Source of the DNA: Eledone cirrhosa
Lineage: Eukaryota
DNA: 64,000 nucleotides
Direction of reading: 5' to 3'
NCBI GenBank assembly: GCA_964016885.1
Contig: OZ024764.1
Span: 28,024,001 to 28,088,000, forward strand
The translations under genes and the position numbers were made by a program. The notes under the pieces are model-generated. The model did not search any database. It worked only from the letters and a program-made list of their open reading frames with translations, and was not told the origin of the DNA. Below, piece by piece: positions 28,640 to 44,349 of the stretch (position 1 is its first letter; each line of letters begins with the position of its first letter).

Positions 28640-30060
28640 TCTTTCTGTGTATCTAGACATCTATTTATCTGTTTGTCTATATATCTATCTATCTGTTTGT
28701 CTATATATCTATCTATCTGTTTGTCTATATATCTATCTATCTGTTTGTCTATATATCTATCTATCTTTTTGTCTATATATCTATCTATCTTTTTGTCTAT
28801 ATATCTATCTATCTTTTTGTCTATATATCTATCCATCTTTTTGTCTATATATCAATCTATCTTTTTGTCTATATATCTATTTATCTGTTTGTCTATATAT
28901 CTATCTATCTTTTTGTCTATATATCTATCCATCTTTTTGTCTATATATCAATCTATCTTTTTGTCTATATATCTATCCATCTTTTTGTCTATATATCAAT
29001 CTATCTTTTTGTCTATATATCTATCCATCTTTTTGTCTATATATCTATCCATCTTTTTGTCTATATATCTATCTATCTTTTTGTCTATATATCAATCTAT
29101 CTTTTTGTCTATATATCTATCTATCTTTTTGTCTATATATCAATCTATCTTTTTGTCTATATATCTATCCATCTTTTTGTCTATATAATCTATCCATCTT
29201 TTTGTCTATATATCTATCTATCTTTTTGTCTATATATCAATCTATCTTTTTGTCTATATATCTATCCATCTTTTTGTCTATATATCAATCTATCTTTTTG
29301 TCTATATATCAATCTATCTTTTTGTCTATATATCTATCCATCTGTTTGTCTATATATCAATCTATGTTTTTGTCTATATATCAATCTATCTTTTTGTCTA
29401 TATATCTATCCATCTTTTTGTCTATATATCTATCCATCTTTTTGTCTATATATCAATCTATCTTTTTGTCTATATATCAATCTATCTTTTTGTCTATATA
29501 TCTATCCATCTGTTTGTCTATATATCAATCTATGTTTTTGTCTATATATCAATCTATGTTTTTGTCTATATATCAATCTATCTTTTTGTCTATATATCAA
29601 TCTATCTTTTTGTCTATATATCAATCTATCTTTTTGTCTATATATCTATCCATCTTTTTGTCTATATATCTATCCATCTTTTTGTCTATATATCAATCTA
29701 TCTTTTTGTCTATATATCTATCCATCTTTTTGTCTATATATCAATCTATCTTTTTGTCTATATATCAATCTATCTTTTTGTCTATATATCTATCCATCTT
29801 TTTGTCTATATATCTATCCATCTTTTTGTCTATATATCAATCTATCTTTTTGTCTATATATCTATCTTTTTGTCTATATATCTATCCATCTTTTTGTCTA
29901 TATATCAATCTATCTTTTTGTCTATATATCAATCTATCTTTTTGTCTATATATCTATCTATCTTTTTGTCTATATATCTATCCATCTTTTTGTCTATATA
30001 TCTATCCATCTTTTTGTCTATATATCAATCTATCTTTTTGTCTATATATCTATCCATCTC
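28640..30060. repeat. 24-bp minisatellite (CTATATATCTATCTATCTTTTTGT)n
   Basis: Visible 24-bp period, giving the 8-aa repeats in the ORF track. Confidence 0.95.
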
Positions 30061-30327
30061 TCTCTCTCTTTCTGTCTATATATCATCATCATCGTTTAAT
30101 GTCTATCTTCTACGCTAGCATAGGTTTAGACGGGGAATTGTCCCACTTGTGGCAAGATGGATCGGGTGACTGTGTCTCACTCGTATAAGACTATCTGGCA
30201 GGTTTTCTATGGCTCGATGTCCTTCCTAACACCAAGTATGATATATCAATCTATCTATCTATATATATATATATATATATATATGTCTACATATCTCTCT
30301 CTTTCTCTCACCATCTCCAGTTGCATG

Positions 30328-31510
30328 CCACACCACACTACATCCAACCACACCACCACCACCATACTACATCCCACACCATACTACATCCAACCACACT
30401 ACATCCAACCACACCACCACCACCATACTACATCCCACACCATACTACATCCAACTACACCACCACCACCATACTACATCCCACACCACACTACATCCAA
30501 CCACACCGCCACCACCACATCCAACCACACCACCACCACCATACTACATCCCACACCACACTACATCCAACCACACCACCACCACCATACTACATCCCAC
30601 ACCACACTACATCCAACCACACCACCACCACCATACTACATCCAACCACACAACCACCACCATACTACATCCAACCACACAACCACCACCACTACATCCA
30701 ACCACACCACCACTACATCCAACTACACCACCACCACCATACTCCACACCACACCACCACCACCATACTACATCCAACCACACCACCACCACCATACTAC
30801 ATCCAACCACACAACCACCACCACTACACCACACTACATCCAACCACACCACCACCACCATACTACATCCAACCACACCACCACCACCATACTACATCCA
30901 ACCACACAACCACCACCACTACACCACACTACATCCAACCACACCACCACCACCATACTACATCCAACCACACCACCATACTACATCCAACCACACAACC
31001 ACCACCACTACACCACACTACATCCAACCACACCACCACCACCATACTACATCCAACCACACAACCACACCACTACACCATACTACATCCAACCACACCA
31101 CCACCACCACTACACCACATCCAACCACACCACCACCACCATACTACATCCAACCACACCACCACCACCACTACACCACACTACATCCAACCAGACTACC
31201 ACCACCACCACCACCACACCATACTACATCCAACCACACCACCACCACAACACCACACTACATCCAACCACACCACCATCATCATACTACATCCAACCAG
31301 ACTACCACCACTACACCACACTACATCCAACCACACCACCACCACCACCACCACCACTACACCACACTACATCCAACCACACCACCACCACCACTACACC
31401 ACACTACATCCAACCACACCACCATCATCATACTACATCCAACCAGACTACCACCACTACACCACATCCAACCACCACCACCACCACCACTACACCACAC
31501 CACCACACCC
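30328..31510. repeat. CA-rich low-complexity minisatellite
   Basis: Variants of CTACATCCAACCACACCACCACCACCATA. Confidence 0.9.
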
Positions 31511-31672
31511 TTTTCTCTGTTAAGCTATTTATGTATGGGAATTATCTTGAAAATCAGTTTCTTGGAAAGGAATATGATATCCGGTAATCTGTGGAATATC
31601 CTCTATTTTTTTCGCCACAGGACCCAGATTCTTTTGGGGTAACCCCCACCCTAGACTGTTCATGTCCCTTAA

Positions 31673-33248
31673 CCCTTTTGCATTTAAACCAGCCATATCC
31701 GGCCAGAATTCTCTCACCTCTTTCTGCTCAAACTGGCTGTAGCTGGCCACTCATACTGATGTTAAGGTATTGTTCTCAAAATAAATAATATCAAAATCTC
31801 ATAGATTCGTTATTATGTGAGGTAAAGCCTTTACTGTGAAAATACAATAGTATATATAGAGTAATGTAAATGTTATGTAAGATATTATGTGAGGTAAAGC
31901 CTTTACTGTGACAATACAATAGTATATATAGAGTAATGTAAATGTTATGTGAGGTATTATGTGAGGTAAAGCCTTTACTGTGACAATACAATAGTATATA
32001 TAGAGTAATGTAAATGTTATGTGAGGTATTATGTGAGGTAAAGCCTTTACTGTGAAAATATAATAGTATATATAGAGTAATGTAAATGTTATGTGAGATA
32101 TTATGTGAGGTAAAGCCTTTACTGTGAAAATACAATAGTATATATAGAGTAATGTAAATGTTATGTGAGGTATTATGTGAGGTAAAGCCTTTACTGTGAC
32201 AATACAATAGTATATATAGAGTAATGTAAATGTTATGTGAGGTATTATGTGAGGTAAAGCCTTTACTGTGAAAATATAATAGTATATATAGAGTAATGTA
32301 AATGTTATGTGAGATATTATGTGAGGTAAAGCCTTTACTGTGAAAATACAATAGTATATATAGAGTAATGTAAATGTTATGTGAGGTATTATGTGAGGTA
32401 AAGCCTTTACTGTGACAATACAATAGTATATATAGAGTAATGTAAATGTTATGTGAGGTATTATGTGGGGTAAAGCCTTTACTGTAAAAATATAATAGTA
32501 TATATAGAGTAATGTAAATGTTATGTGAGATATTATGTGAGGTAAAGCCTTTACTGTGAAAATATAATAGTATATATAGAGTAATGTAAATGTTATGTGA
32601 GATATTATGTGAGGTAAAGCCTTTACTGTGAAAATACAATAGTATATATAGAGTAATGTAAATGTTATGTGAGATATTATGTGAGGTAAAGCCTTTACTG
32701 TGAAAATACAATAGTATATATAGAGTAATGTAAATGTTATGTGAGATATTATGTGAGGTAAAGCCTTTACTGTGAAAATACAATAGTATATATAGAGTAA
32801 TGTAAATGTTATGTGAGATATTATGTGAGGTAAAGCCTTTACTGTGAAAATATAATAGTATATATAGAGTAATGTAAATGTTATGTGAGATATTATGTGA
32901 GGTAAAGCCTTTACTGTGAAAATACAATAGTATATATAGAGTAATGTAAATGTTATGTGAGATATTATGTGAGGTAAAGCCTTTACTGTGAAAATACAAT
33001 AGTATATATAGAGTAATGTAAATGTTATGTGAGATATTATGTGAGGTAAAGCCTTTACTGTGAAAATATAATAGTATATATAGAGTAATGTAAATGTTAT
33101 GTGAGATATTATGTGAGGTAAAGCCTTTACTGTGAAAATACAATAGTATATATAGAGTAATGTAAATGTTATGTGAGATATTATGTGAGGTAAAGCCTTT
33201 ACTATGAAAATACAATAGTATATATAGAGTAATGTAAATGCTAAAGAG
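31673..33248 (+). mobile_element. TTAA-type MITE carrying a 72-bp satellite (~20 units)
   Basis: TTAA|CCCTTTTGCATTTA ... TAAATGCTAAAGAG|TTAA. The internal array has a 72-bp period. Confidence 0.85.
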
Positions 33249-33879
33249 TTAACGGCCAGATCCTTGTTGAGGTAACCCCACCCCACTATACCCTGCCTCT
33301 CCCAAGATTTAGCTAAGTATAGGATTCTTTTTGTTGTTTTAATTAAAGTCATGTCATGTTATCAGAATGAGTGTTATCTTTAATTACCATAATTATGGAG
33401 GGTGGTGATGGTGGTGTGATGGCGGTGGTGTTGGTGTGATGGCGGTGGTGTTGGTTGTGTGATGGCGGTGGTGTTGGTTGTGTGATGGTGGTGTGGTGTG
33501 GTGTTGTTGATGTGGTGTGGTGGTGGCGTTGGTGAAGTTAATTCTGGTTATTTAGATTCTGCTGAGGTCAAATTAATCTTTCATAAACAAAGTACCAGTT
33601 TTGTACTAGGGTCAAATCTGCCTCTCTCTCTCTCTCTCTCTGTCCTTCTCTGCAAGAAATCAGCTGTGTTCAGGCCTGGTCTTAAAATACCCAAGATATT
33701 CGGCATGTCACTACAGCACTCCTATGATTCCATCAGGCGTTGCAGGTCTATATATACATACAAATGTAGTACTGGGGTCGATTCTTTTTCTTTTCCTAGA
33801 AGAAATTGACTGGCTAGAATCAACAGGGGCAGAACATGTATATTTTCACACACACACACACAAATATATATAATGGTAT

Positions 33880-34080
33880 GGCCACGTGATGCGTATGAAG
33901 GACAACAGCTGTATAAAAAAGTGCAGAGCGATCAAAATTGATGGAAGCTACGGAGTAGGTAGACCAAGAAAAACCTGAGATGAAGTGATAAAATCCGACT
34001 TTGCCCACTTACACCTCTCTAAGACAATGTCACTGGATCGAGATCTTTGGCGCTACGCAGTAATACAGAAAACCCGCCTT
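33880..34080 (+). mobile_element. RTE LINE 3' fragment
   Basis: WYGHVMR, GRPRKT and DRDLWRYAV motifs with frameshifts. Confidence 0.75.
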
Positions 34081-34169
34081 CCTTTACATACGAACTTAAA
34101 CATACAGCCAGTAGGCACCTCTTAACCCAATATACCCCCCACCACACTCCATCCTCCCATTTCTGTCCA

Positions 34170-37100
34170 CACGAAAGTGGTCGTGTAGGTGTCACGACAA
34201 AAAGCACCCAGTCCACACTGTAAAGTGGTCGTGTAGGAGACACAGTAAAAAGGCTCCCAGTCCACACTGTAAGGTGGTCATGTAGGAGACACAGTAAAAA
34301 GGCTCCCAGTCCACACTGTAAAGTGGTCATGTAGGAGACACAGTAAAAAGGCTCCCAGTCCACACTGTAAGGTGGTCATGTAGGAGACACAGTAAAAAGG
34401 CTCCCAGTCCACACTGTAAGGTGGTCATGTAGGAGACACAGTAAAAAGGCTCCCAGTCCACACTGTAAGGTGGTCATGTAGGAGACACAGTAAAAAGGCT
34501 CCCAGTCCACACTGTAAGGTGGTCATGTAGGAGACACAGTAAAAAGGCTCCCAGTCCACACTGTAAAGTGGTCATGTAGGAGACACAGTAAAAAGGCTCC
34601 CAGTCCACACTGTAAGGTGGTCATGTAGGAGACACAGTAAAAAGGCTCCCAGTCCACACTGTAAGGTGGTCATGTAGGAGACACAGTAAAGAGGCTCCCA
34701 GTCCACACTGTAAGGTGGTTATGTAGGAGACACAGTAAAAAGGCTCCCAGTCCACACTGTAAGGTGGTCATGTAGGAGACACAGTAAAAAGGCTCCCAGT
34801 CCACACTGTAAGGTGGTCATGTAGGAGACACAGTAAAAAGGCTCCCAGTCCACACTGTAAGGTGGTCATGTAGGAGACACAGTAAAAAGGCTCCCAGTCC
34901 ACACTGTAAGGTGGTCATGTAGGAGACACAGTAAAAAGGCTCCCAGTCCACACTGTAAAGTGGTCATGTAGGAGACACAGTAAAAAGGCTCCCAGTCCAC
35001 ACTGTAAGGTGGTCATGTAGGAGACACAGTAAAAAGGCTCCCAGTCCACACTGTAAAGTGGTCATGTAGGAGACACAGTAAAAAGGCTCCCAGTCCACAC
35101 TGTAAAGTGGTTGTGTAGGAGACACAGTAAAAAGGCTCCCAGTCCACACTGTAAAGTGGTCATGTAGGTGACACAGTAAAAAGGCTCCCAGTCCACACTG
35201 TAAAGTGGTCATGTAGGAGACACAGTAAAAAGGCTCCCAGTCCACACTGTAAAGTGGTTGTGTAGGAGACACAGTAAAAAGGCTCCCAGTCCACACTGTA
35301 AAGTGGTCATGTAGGAGACACAGTAAAAAGGCTCCCAGTCCACACTGTAAAGTGGTCATGTAGGAGACACAGTAAAAAGGCTCCCAGTCCACACTGTAAA
35401 GTGGTCATGTAGGAGACACAGTAAAAAGGCTCCCAGTCCACACTGTAAAGTGGTCATGTAGGAGACACAGTAAAAAGGCTCCCAGTCCACACTGTAAAGT
35501 GGTCATGTAGGTGACACAGTAAAAAGGCTCCCAGTCCACACTGTAAGGTGGTCATGTAGGAGACACAGTAAAAAGGCTCCCAGTCCACACTGTAAAGTGG
35601 TCATGTAGGAGACACAGTAAAAAGGCTCCCAGTCCACACTGTAAAGTGGTCATGTAGGAGACACAGTAAAAAGGCTCCCAGTCCACACTGTAAAGTGGTC
35701 ATGTAGGAGACACAGTAAAAAGGCTCCCAGTCCACACTGTAAAGTGGTCATGTAGGAGACACAGTAAAAAGGCTCCCAGTCCACACTGTAAAGTGGTCAT
35801 GTAGGAGACACAGTAAAAAGGCTCCCAGTCCACACTGTAAAGTGGTCATGTAGGAGACACAGTAAAAAGGCTCCCAGTCCACACTGTAAAGTGGTCATGT
35901 AGGAGACACAGTAAAAAGGCTCCCAGTCCACACTGTAAAGTGGTCATGTAGGAGACACGGTAAAAAGGTTCCCAGTCCACACTGTAAAGTGGTCATGTAG
36001 GAGACACGGTAAAAAGGTTCCCAGTCCACACTGTAAAGTGGTCGTGTAGGAGACACAGTAAAAAGGCTCCCAGTCCACACTGTAAAGTGGTCATGTAGGA
36101 GACACGGTAAAAAGGCTCCCAGTCCACACTGTAAAGTGGTCATGTAGGTGACACGGTAAAAAGGCTCCCAGTCCACACTGTAAAGTGGTCGTGTAGGTGA
36201 CACAGTAAAAAGGCTCCCAGTCCACACTATAAAGTGGTCGTGTAGGTGACACGGTAAAAAGGCTCCCAGTCCACACTGTAAAGTGGTCATGTAGGAGACA
36301 CGGTAAAAAGGTTCCCAGTCCACACTGTAAAGTGTCGTGTAGGTGACACAGTAAAAAGGCTCCCAGTCCACACTGTAAAGTGTCGTGTAGGTGACACAGT
36401 AAAAAGGCTCCCAGTCCACACTGTAAAGTGGTCATGTAGGAGACACGGTAAAAAAGGTTCCCAGTCCACACTGTAAAGTGGTCGTGTAGGAGACACAGTA
36501 AAAAGGCTCCCAGTCCACACTGTAAAGTGGTCGTGTAGGTGACACAGTAAAAAGGCTCCCAGTCCACACTGTAAAGTGGTTGTGTAGGTGACACAGTAAA
36601 AAGGCTCCCAGTCCACACTGTAAAGTGGTCATGTAGGAGACACGGTAAAAAGGTTCCCAGTCCACACTGTAAAGTGGTCATGTAGGTGACACGGTGAAAA
36701 GGCTCCCAGTCCACACTGTAAAGTGGTCGTGTAGGTGACACAGTAAAAAGGCTCCCAGTCCACACTGTAAAGTGGTCGTGTAGGTGACACGGTAAAAAGG
36801 CTCCCAGTCCACACTGTAAAGTGGTCGTGTAGGTGACACGGTGAAAAGGCTCCCAGTCCACACTGTAAAGTGGTCATGTAGGAGACACAGTAAAAAGGCT
36901 CCCAGTCCACACTGTAAGGTGGTCGTGTAGGAGACACAGTAAAAAGGCTCCCAGTCCACACTGTAAAGTGGTCGTGTAGGTGACACAGTAAAAAGGCTCC
37001 CAGTCCACACTGTAAAGTGGTCGTGTAGGGGACACAGTAAAAAGGCTCCCAGTCCACACTGTAAAGTGGTCATGTAGGAGACACAGTAAAAAGGCTCCAA

Positions 37101-37265
37101 GTCCACACTGTAAAGTGGTCGTGTAGGAGACACAGTAAAAAGCCTCCCAGTCCACACTGTAAAGTGGTTGGTGTTAGGAAGGGCATCCAGCCATAGAAAA
37201 CCTGCCAAAGACAGTTCTGTATGAGCGAGACAACCAATCTTGCTGCAAGTGGGACAAACCCATGA
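34170..37265 (+). repeat. SINE-internal 49-bp minisatellite (~61 units)
   Basis: Unit GTAGGAGACACAGTAAAAAGGCTCCCAGTCCACACTGTAAAGTGGTCAT, followed by the GGTTGGTGTTAGGAAGGGCATCCAGCC block. Confidence 0.95.
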
Positions 37266-37339
37266 GCCTGTGACCTGTCCTGGGAGGCACACAAATGTTA
37301 TGTATCTTGAAATACCAAAGAGGGTTCCAAAGGGAGCAA

Positions 37340-39545
37340 ACTTTGACAGTTGGAACCTGGAACATTACAACTCTCACAGGTAAGGAGCAGGAACTAGTGG
37401 AGGAAGCTAGATATAGTTAACCCTTTAATGTTCAAACCAGCCAGAATTCTCTACCTCTTTCTGTTGAAACTGGCTGTAACCGGTCGCTCAAACTGATGTT
37501 AAGGTATTGTTTTCAAAATAAATACTTTCAAAATCTCATAGATTCGATATTATGTGAGGTAAAGCCTTTACTGTGAAAATACAATAGTATATATAGAGTA
37601 ATGTAAATGTTATGTGGGATATTATGTGAGGTAAAGCCTTTACTGTGAAAATACAATAGTATATATAGAGTAATGTAAATGGTATGTGAGATATTATGTG
37701 AGGTAAAGTCTTTACTGTGAAAATACAATAGTATATATAGAGTAATGTAAATGTTATGTGAGATATTATGTGAGGTAAAGCCTTCACTGTGACAATACAA
37801 TAGTATATATAGAGTAATGTAAATGTTATGTGAGATATTATGTGAGGTTAAGCCTTTACTGTGAAAATATAATAGTATATATAGAGTAATGTAAATGTTA
37901 TGTGAGATATTATGTGAGGTAAAGCCTTTACTGTGACAATACAATAGTATATATAGAGTAATGTAAATGTTATGTGAGATATTATGTGAGGTAAAGCCTT
38001 TACTGTGAAAATACAATAGTATATATAGAGTAATGTGAATGTTATGTGAGATATTATGTGAGGTAAAGCCTTTACTGTGAAAATACAATAGTATATATAG
38101 AGTAATGTAAATGTTATGTGAGATATTATGTGAGGTTAAGCCTTTACTGTGAAAATATAATAGTATATATAGAGTAATGTAGATGTTATGTGAGGTAAAA
38201 CCTTTACTGTGAAAATACAATAGTATATATAGAGTAATGTAAATGTTATGTGAGATATTATGTGAGGTAAAGCCTTTACTGTGACAATACAATAGTATAT
38301 ATAGAGTAATGTAAATGTTATGTGAGATATTATGTGAGGTAAAGCCTTTACTGTGAAAATACAATAGTATATATAGAGTAATGTAAATGTTATGTGAGGT
38401 AAAGCCTTTACTGTGAAAATACAATAGTATATATAGAGTAATGTAAATGTTATGTGAGATATTATGTGAGGTTAAGCCTTTACTGTGAAAATATAATAGT
38501 ATATATAGAGTAATGTAGATGTTATGTGAGATATTATGTGAGGTAAAACCTTTACTGTGAAAATACAATAGTATATATAGAGTAATGTAAATGTTATGTG
38601 AGATATGTGAGGTAAAGCCTTTACTGTGACAATACAATAGTATATATAGAGTAATGTAAATGTTATGTGAGATATTATGTGAGGTAAAGCCTTTACTGTG
38701 AAAATACAATAGTATATATAGAGTAATGTAAATGTTATGTGAGATATTATGTGAGGTAAAGCCTTTACTGTGAAAATACAATAGTATATATAGAGTAATG
38801 TAAATGTTATGTGAGATATTATGTGAGGTAAAGCCTTTACTGTGACAATACAATAGTATATATAGAGTAATGTGAATACTAAAGGGTTAAGGTTTCCTCA
38901 ACAAAGTTCTGTAGCTCTGATACTGTAGAATTGCATGGAGGATGGAAACTCCACTATTCAGGTGTGATGCCAGAAATGACTGCACTGGTGGTAGTGGGGA
39001 TACTCACAAGCCCACAGCTGTTAGAATGTGTTATGGACTGGATTCCATTAGGAGCGAGGATTTGCCTCTTGACGCTAAGGCTGAAAGATAGGTCTCTGTG
39101 GGTGGTGCAAGTTTATGCACCAAACAAGGAGTCCAAATACAGGTATTTCCTTGATGAAGTCACTGCAGCGTTAGATGTAGAGTCATATATCCTAATGGGA
39201 GACTTCAATGCACATGTTGGCACTGACCACCTGACATGGTAAGGAGTGATTGGAAGAAACAGTGATCCCAATCTAAATTTGAATGGAGAGGCCTTATTAG
39301 ACTTGTTCTAGCAATGGACTCTCGACTATGAATACCTTTCAGCACAGAGACATCCATAAATATACATGATATAAGGGGAATCAGGGACAGAGATCAATAA
39401 TTGATTTTATTATTGTCTCTGATCTCTTTGATTCTGTGCTTGATGCTCGTATTAACGGAGGGACTGAGCTGTCAACTGATCACCATCTAGTTATCTGCAA
39501 CTTGAGACTACCTAAAGACAAAGAAGCCCACAAAACTGACAGGTT
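37340..39545 (+). mobile_element. RTE (Rex3/Expander-like) LINE 5' fragment, APE endonuclease domain, interrupted by a MITE
   Basis: LTVGTWNITTLTGKEQELVEE, QVYAPN, LMGDFNAHVG, SIIDFII and LSTDHHLV motifs. Contains stops and frameshifts. Confidence 0.9.
37421..38886 (+). mobile_element. TTAA-type MITE carrying a 72/60-bp satellite
   Basis: TTAA|CCCTTTA ... TAAAGGG|TTAA. Removing the element and one TTAA restores the LINE frame LDIVKVSSTK. Confidence 0.9.
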
Positions 39546-39554
39546 TGGGGCGAC

Positions 39555-40150
<596 letters not shown>

Positions 40151-40949
40151 AGTAATTCTTGGTTTGGTATGGTATGGTCAAACAACCGGCATTTCTTAGG
40201 CATATTAAACCTGGCGGAGCCCATCTCTCTTCAGGGCTGAGCACAATATATTTCTTCCAGAGAAAGAATCTATCCCAGTACTGAACTGGTTCTATTTTTA
40301 TCGACTTCGAAAGGTTGACAGGCAAAGTTGACCCCGGCACGATTTGAACTCAGACAGCAAAGCATTCTATCCAATGTTCTCATCACTCTGACAATTTACC
40401 CTCACCCCTACGGTAATTCTTAAATGTTGAGAAATATACGTAATTATAATGTATTATATTTCAATGACTTGTTAGTGATATCTCTTAGATCACTGTATGT
40501 TATCCACAAAACATAATGTTTACCTTAACATTAGATAATTGCTATACAATATATAATTAGATTAATTAAAGTTAAACCGATAGCAATACACGGTGTCGTT
40601 AACAATATTTCCTTTCCCTGAATAAGACCGGTGTCATACGTTAAAAGTCCCTGCCATAATTTAATACATTCAGAAATAGATTTAATCGATTGTAAATCAA
40701 AAGATTACTAAATATCACTCAGCGAAATATCAATTATTTATCGACGAGGATGCCTCTACATGGTCGCTCAAGCTGCTAGAAATAGCAGCGAAATCTTTCT
40801 CAAGCCATACACTACTGATTGTCTTAAGAAAGTGAATGAGATATTCTGTCCGGGTGGAAAAATACACAAAAAAGATACGTTTCTATGTGTAAACACACAC
40901 ATATATTGTGTGGTGTGTGTAACACATCTATGTATATATATTTATATAT

Positions 40950-41535
40950 AGCTAGTATGGGTTAGACGGGTTGTCCTGTTGTAGGCAGTGCTAGATCAGG
41001 TGACCATGTCTTGCACATACAGAACTGATTTTAGCTTGGTTTCTACAGCTGCATGCCCTTCCTTGCACCAACTTCATTTACAGTGAGTACTGAGTGCTTT
41101 TTGTCGTGTCACCAACAAGACCACTTTACAGTGAGTACTGAGTGCTTTTTGTCGTGTCACCAACAAGACCACTTTACAGTGTCGATTAGGTTTTTTGTTG
41201 TGACACCTACATGACCACTTTACAGTGTGGATTGGGTACTTTTTGTCGTGACACCTACATGACCACTTTACAGTGTGGACTGGATATTTTTTGTCATGAC
41301 ACCTACATGACCACTTTACAGTGTGGACTGGGTACTTTTTGTCGTGACACCTACATGACCACTTTACAGTGTGGATTGGGTACTTTTTGTCGTGACACCT
41401 ACATGACCACTTTACAGTGTGGACTGGGTACTTTTTGTCATGACACCTACATGACCACTTTACAGTGTGGACTGGGTACTTTTTGTCATGACACCTACAT
41501 GACCACCTTACAATGTGGGCTGGGCGCTTTTTGCC
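40950..41535 (-). mobile_element. SINE 3' part with 48-bp repeats (~9 units)
   Basis: Same tail and unit as 10494-13815. Confidence 0.8.
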
Positions 41536-42444
41536 CATATATATATCTAAATATTTGGGGACCACCTAATACTAATATAACAACAATTTTTGCAGGCAGT
41601 CCCCAAATCGAATTTTCACTTTTCTATTTACTTTTCCCTATCTTCCATGTTTGGTTTCAACGTGACCCTGTTAAGTAATTCTGTCCAAGTCACCTGATGA
41701 GATCGTTCTGTCTTGCATCATAAATGGATGATAGAGCTGGGCCATTTGAAATGTGTATAGTAATTTCATAGAATTAAAATTTTCAAGCAAATTGTCCAGT
41801 GCTGCCATCTGTTGTTGTTTAATGAGTGAATAAGCATGTTTTTTTTCTCATTTTCCCCGTTCCTTCCTCTCACCACTCTTTACTTGTTATTTATTTTCTA
41901 TTTCTAACTCTATCTTCTGATGAAAGACTAGTGTCCAAAACGTCAAGACTATCTTCCGGCTATTTGAAGCTTTAAATTAATATATTTCTTCCATTTGTTT
42001 TGTTATTACTTTTACATATATATGCATACACACACATATATATATATCATCATCATCATCATCATCAACGTTTAACGTCCGTGTTCCACGCTTGCATGGG
42101 TTTGGACGGGGGTAGTCCCACTTGAGGCAAGAGTGATTGTCTTGCTCGCATAGGACTGTCTGGCAGGTTTTCTACAGTTGGATGCCCTTCCTAACACCAA
42201 CCACATTTACAGTGTGGGTCTGGGAGGTTTTTACCGTGTTGCCTACACGGCCACATTACAGCGTGGACTGTGTGTTTTTTTGTCGTGACACCTACACGAT
42301 CTCATTTGTTTCGGCCTCGATGGCGCGGCACCAACATAACTTTACATAGAACGGGGTGGTGTGGATCGGGTGGGGGTGGTGGTGGTGGGACGGGGTGTAT
42401 TTTGTTAGAGATGCCTACTGGCTGGAGTAGGTTTTACTATATAT

Positions 42445-42770
42445 TTAGGTAAGGCGGGTCTTCTCTGTTACTGAGTACCGCCAAAGGTCTCGGTCCAGTG
42501 ACATTGTCTTGGAGAGGTGTAAGTGTGTGATGTCGGAGTTTATCAGCTCGTCCCAGGTTTTTCTAGGTCTGCCTATTCCGTGACTACCGTCTATCTTTAT
42601 TGCCCTGCACTTTGTTATACAGCTATCGACTTTCATGCGCATCACGTGTCCATACCAACGTAGCCTTCTCTCGAGTAAACAACATCTGATCCCTCTTATC
42701 TCTAATTTTTTCCTTAGTTCGTTTATGCTTTGCCGTTCACGTATATTACTGTTACACATCCAGCGGTGCA
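42445..42770 (-). mobile_element. RTE LINE 3' fragment
   Basis: RWMC...ERRLRWYGHVMRM...GRPRKTWDE. Confidence 0.85.
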
Positions 42771-42954
42771 TATATATATATATATATACACACACACATA
42801 TATATATATATAGATAGTCGATTGACAAAATCCTAGACCTCATTCACTTAACAAGTGGGATGGAGCTCATCAAATTGGACCAAGGAAACAATGTTTTTCC
42901 AATTGCTAATACTATCTGCCGGTCGCAAAGTGAAATAAAAGTGTCTTGCTCAAG

Positions 42955-43469
42955 TAAAGTCTTTACCTCACATATCTCACATAACATTTACATTACTCTA
43001 TATATACTATTGTATTTTCACAGTAAAGGTTTTACCTCACATAATATTTACATTACTCTATATATACTATTGTATTTTCACAGTAAAGGTTTTACCTCAC
43101 ATAATATTTACATTACTCTATATATACTATTGTATTTTCACAGTAAAGGTTTTACCTCACATAATATTTACATTACTCTATATATACTATTGTATTTTCA
43201 CAGTAAAGGCTTTACCTCACTCTATATATACTATTGTATTTTCACAGTAAAGTCTTTACCTCACATAATATCTCACATTACTCTATATATACTATTGTAC
43301 TTTCATGGTAAACACTTTATTTCACATAATATCGAATCTATGAGATTTTGATGATATTTATTTTGAGAAGAATACCTTAACATAAGTATGAGTAGCCATT
43401 TACAGCCAGTTTGAACAGAAAGGGGTGAGAGAATTCTGGCCGGATACGGCCAGTTTGAATGCTAAAGGA
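42955..43469 (-). mobile_element. Truncated TTAA-type MITE with a 60-bp variant array
   Basis: Ends AATGCTAAAGGA|TTAA and contains the same satellite in reverse orientation. Confidence 0.8.
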
Positions 43470-43911
43470 TTAAGTCTCTCATAGGATTACTCCCTTGATA
43501 ATGGGGTTTTAAACCCGGAAATATTTGTTATCGTTAAATTTGCTAAGGTAAGATTCTTTTGTTATCTTAGGAATTTTAATTTTCTGTCTAGTGCATTGTA
43601 TGGTTTTCAAAATTATTTAAATTTGTGTTTCCTATTCAACAATGGTTCAATCAAACTACAGCAGTCTGATATATATATATGAAGGATGAGTATTTAAGCT
43701 TTGTTTGATTCTGAGTTAAGACTCTATTGGTTTTTCCCTGGATTTCACAAAATCTGTGGATAAAATCTCTGTCTTGATTTTTTTTAAAATTGAGTTTGAA
43801 TTATTTTCCCATATCTTACGTTATAGTCACTTATATATATTATGAAATACTGTTGGCTTCTTGTTCACAATAATTTCTATATTTTCATTTATATATATAT
43901 ATATATATATA

Positions 43912-44340
43912 TTGGAAAATGTGTGAATCCTTGGTACAGTTAGGTATATTTGAAAACAAAGAAAAGAATGACTTTACTTGTAGTTGGTGTTCTAAACAAT
44001 TTAATTTTATAATTTTATAATGTTACAATTTTGCTAAGTAGATCTAATAAGTTCTTTGTTAACTTCGGTGAAAAGAATTTCTTAAAAATCCTGGTTAACT
44101 TTCTTGCATTCGTCAGTGGTGATTGTCAAAACTATTTTGACAATCGCCACCGACGAATGTGAGAAAGTTCTCCAGAAAGTTAACCAGGATTTTTAAGAAA
44201 AACTTTCCACCGAAGTTAACAAAGGACTTATTAGATCTACTTAGCAAAATTGTAACATTATGAAATTATAAAATTAAATTGTTTAGAACACCAACTACAA
44301 GTAAAGTCATTCTTTTCCTTTTGTTCAAAAACAAAAACAT
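43912..44340. mobile_element. Fold-back element (arms ~175 bp) between (TA)n tracts
   Basis: Inverted repeat centred near 44133 (TTGTCAAAA-CTA-TTTTGACAA). Confidence 0.6.
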
Positions 44341-44349
44341 ATATATATA

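Noticed and set aside
28584-31587. Long LSIY-rich and His/Pro/Thr-rich ORFs
   Set aside because: Micro- and minisatellite translations with no unique domains or splice context.
31791-38853. 440-520-aa ORFs with YFHSKGFTSHN repeats
   Set aside because: They come from a 72-bp satellite inside a TTAA MITE.
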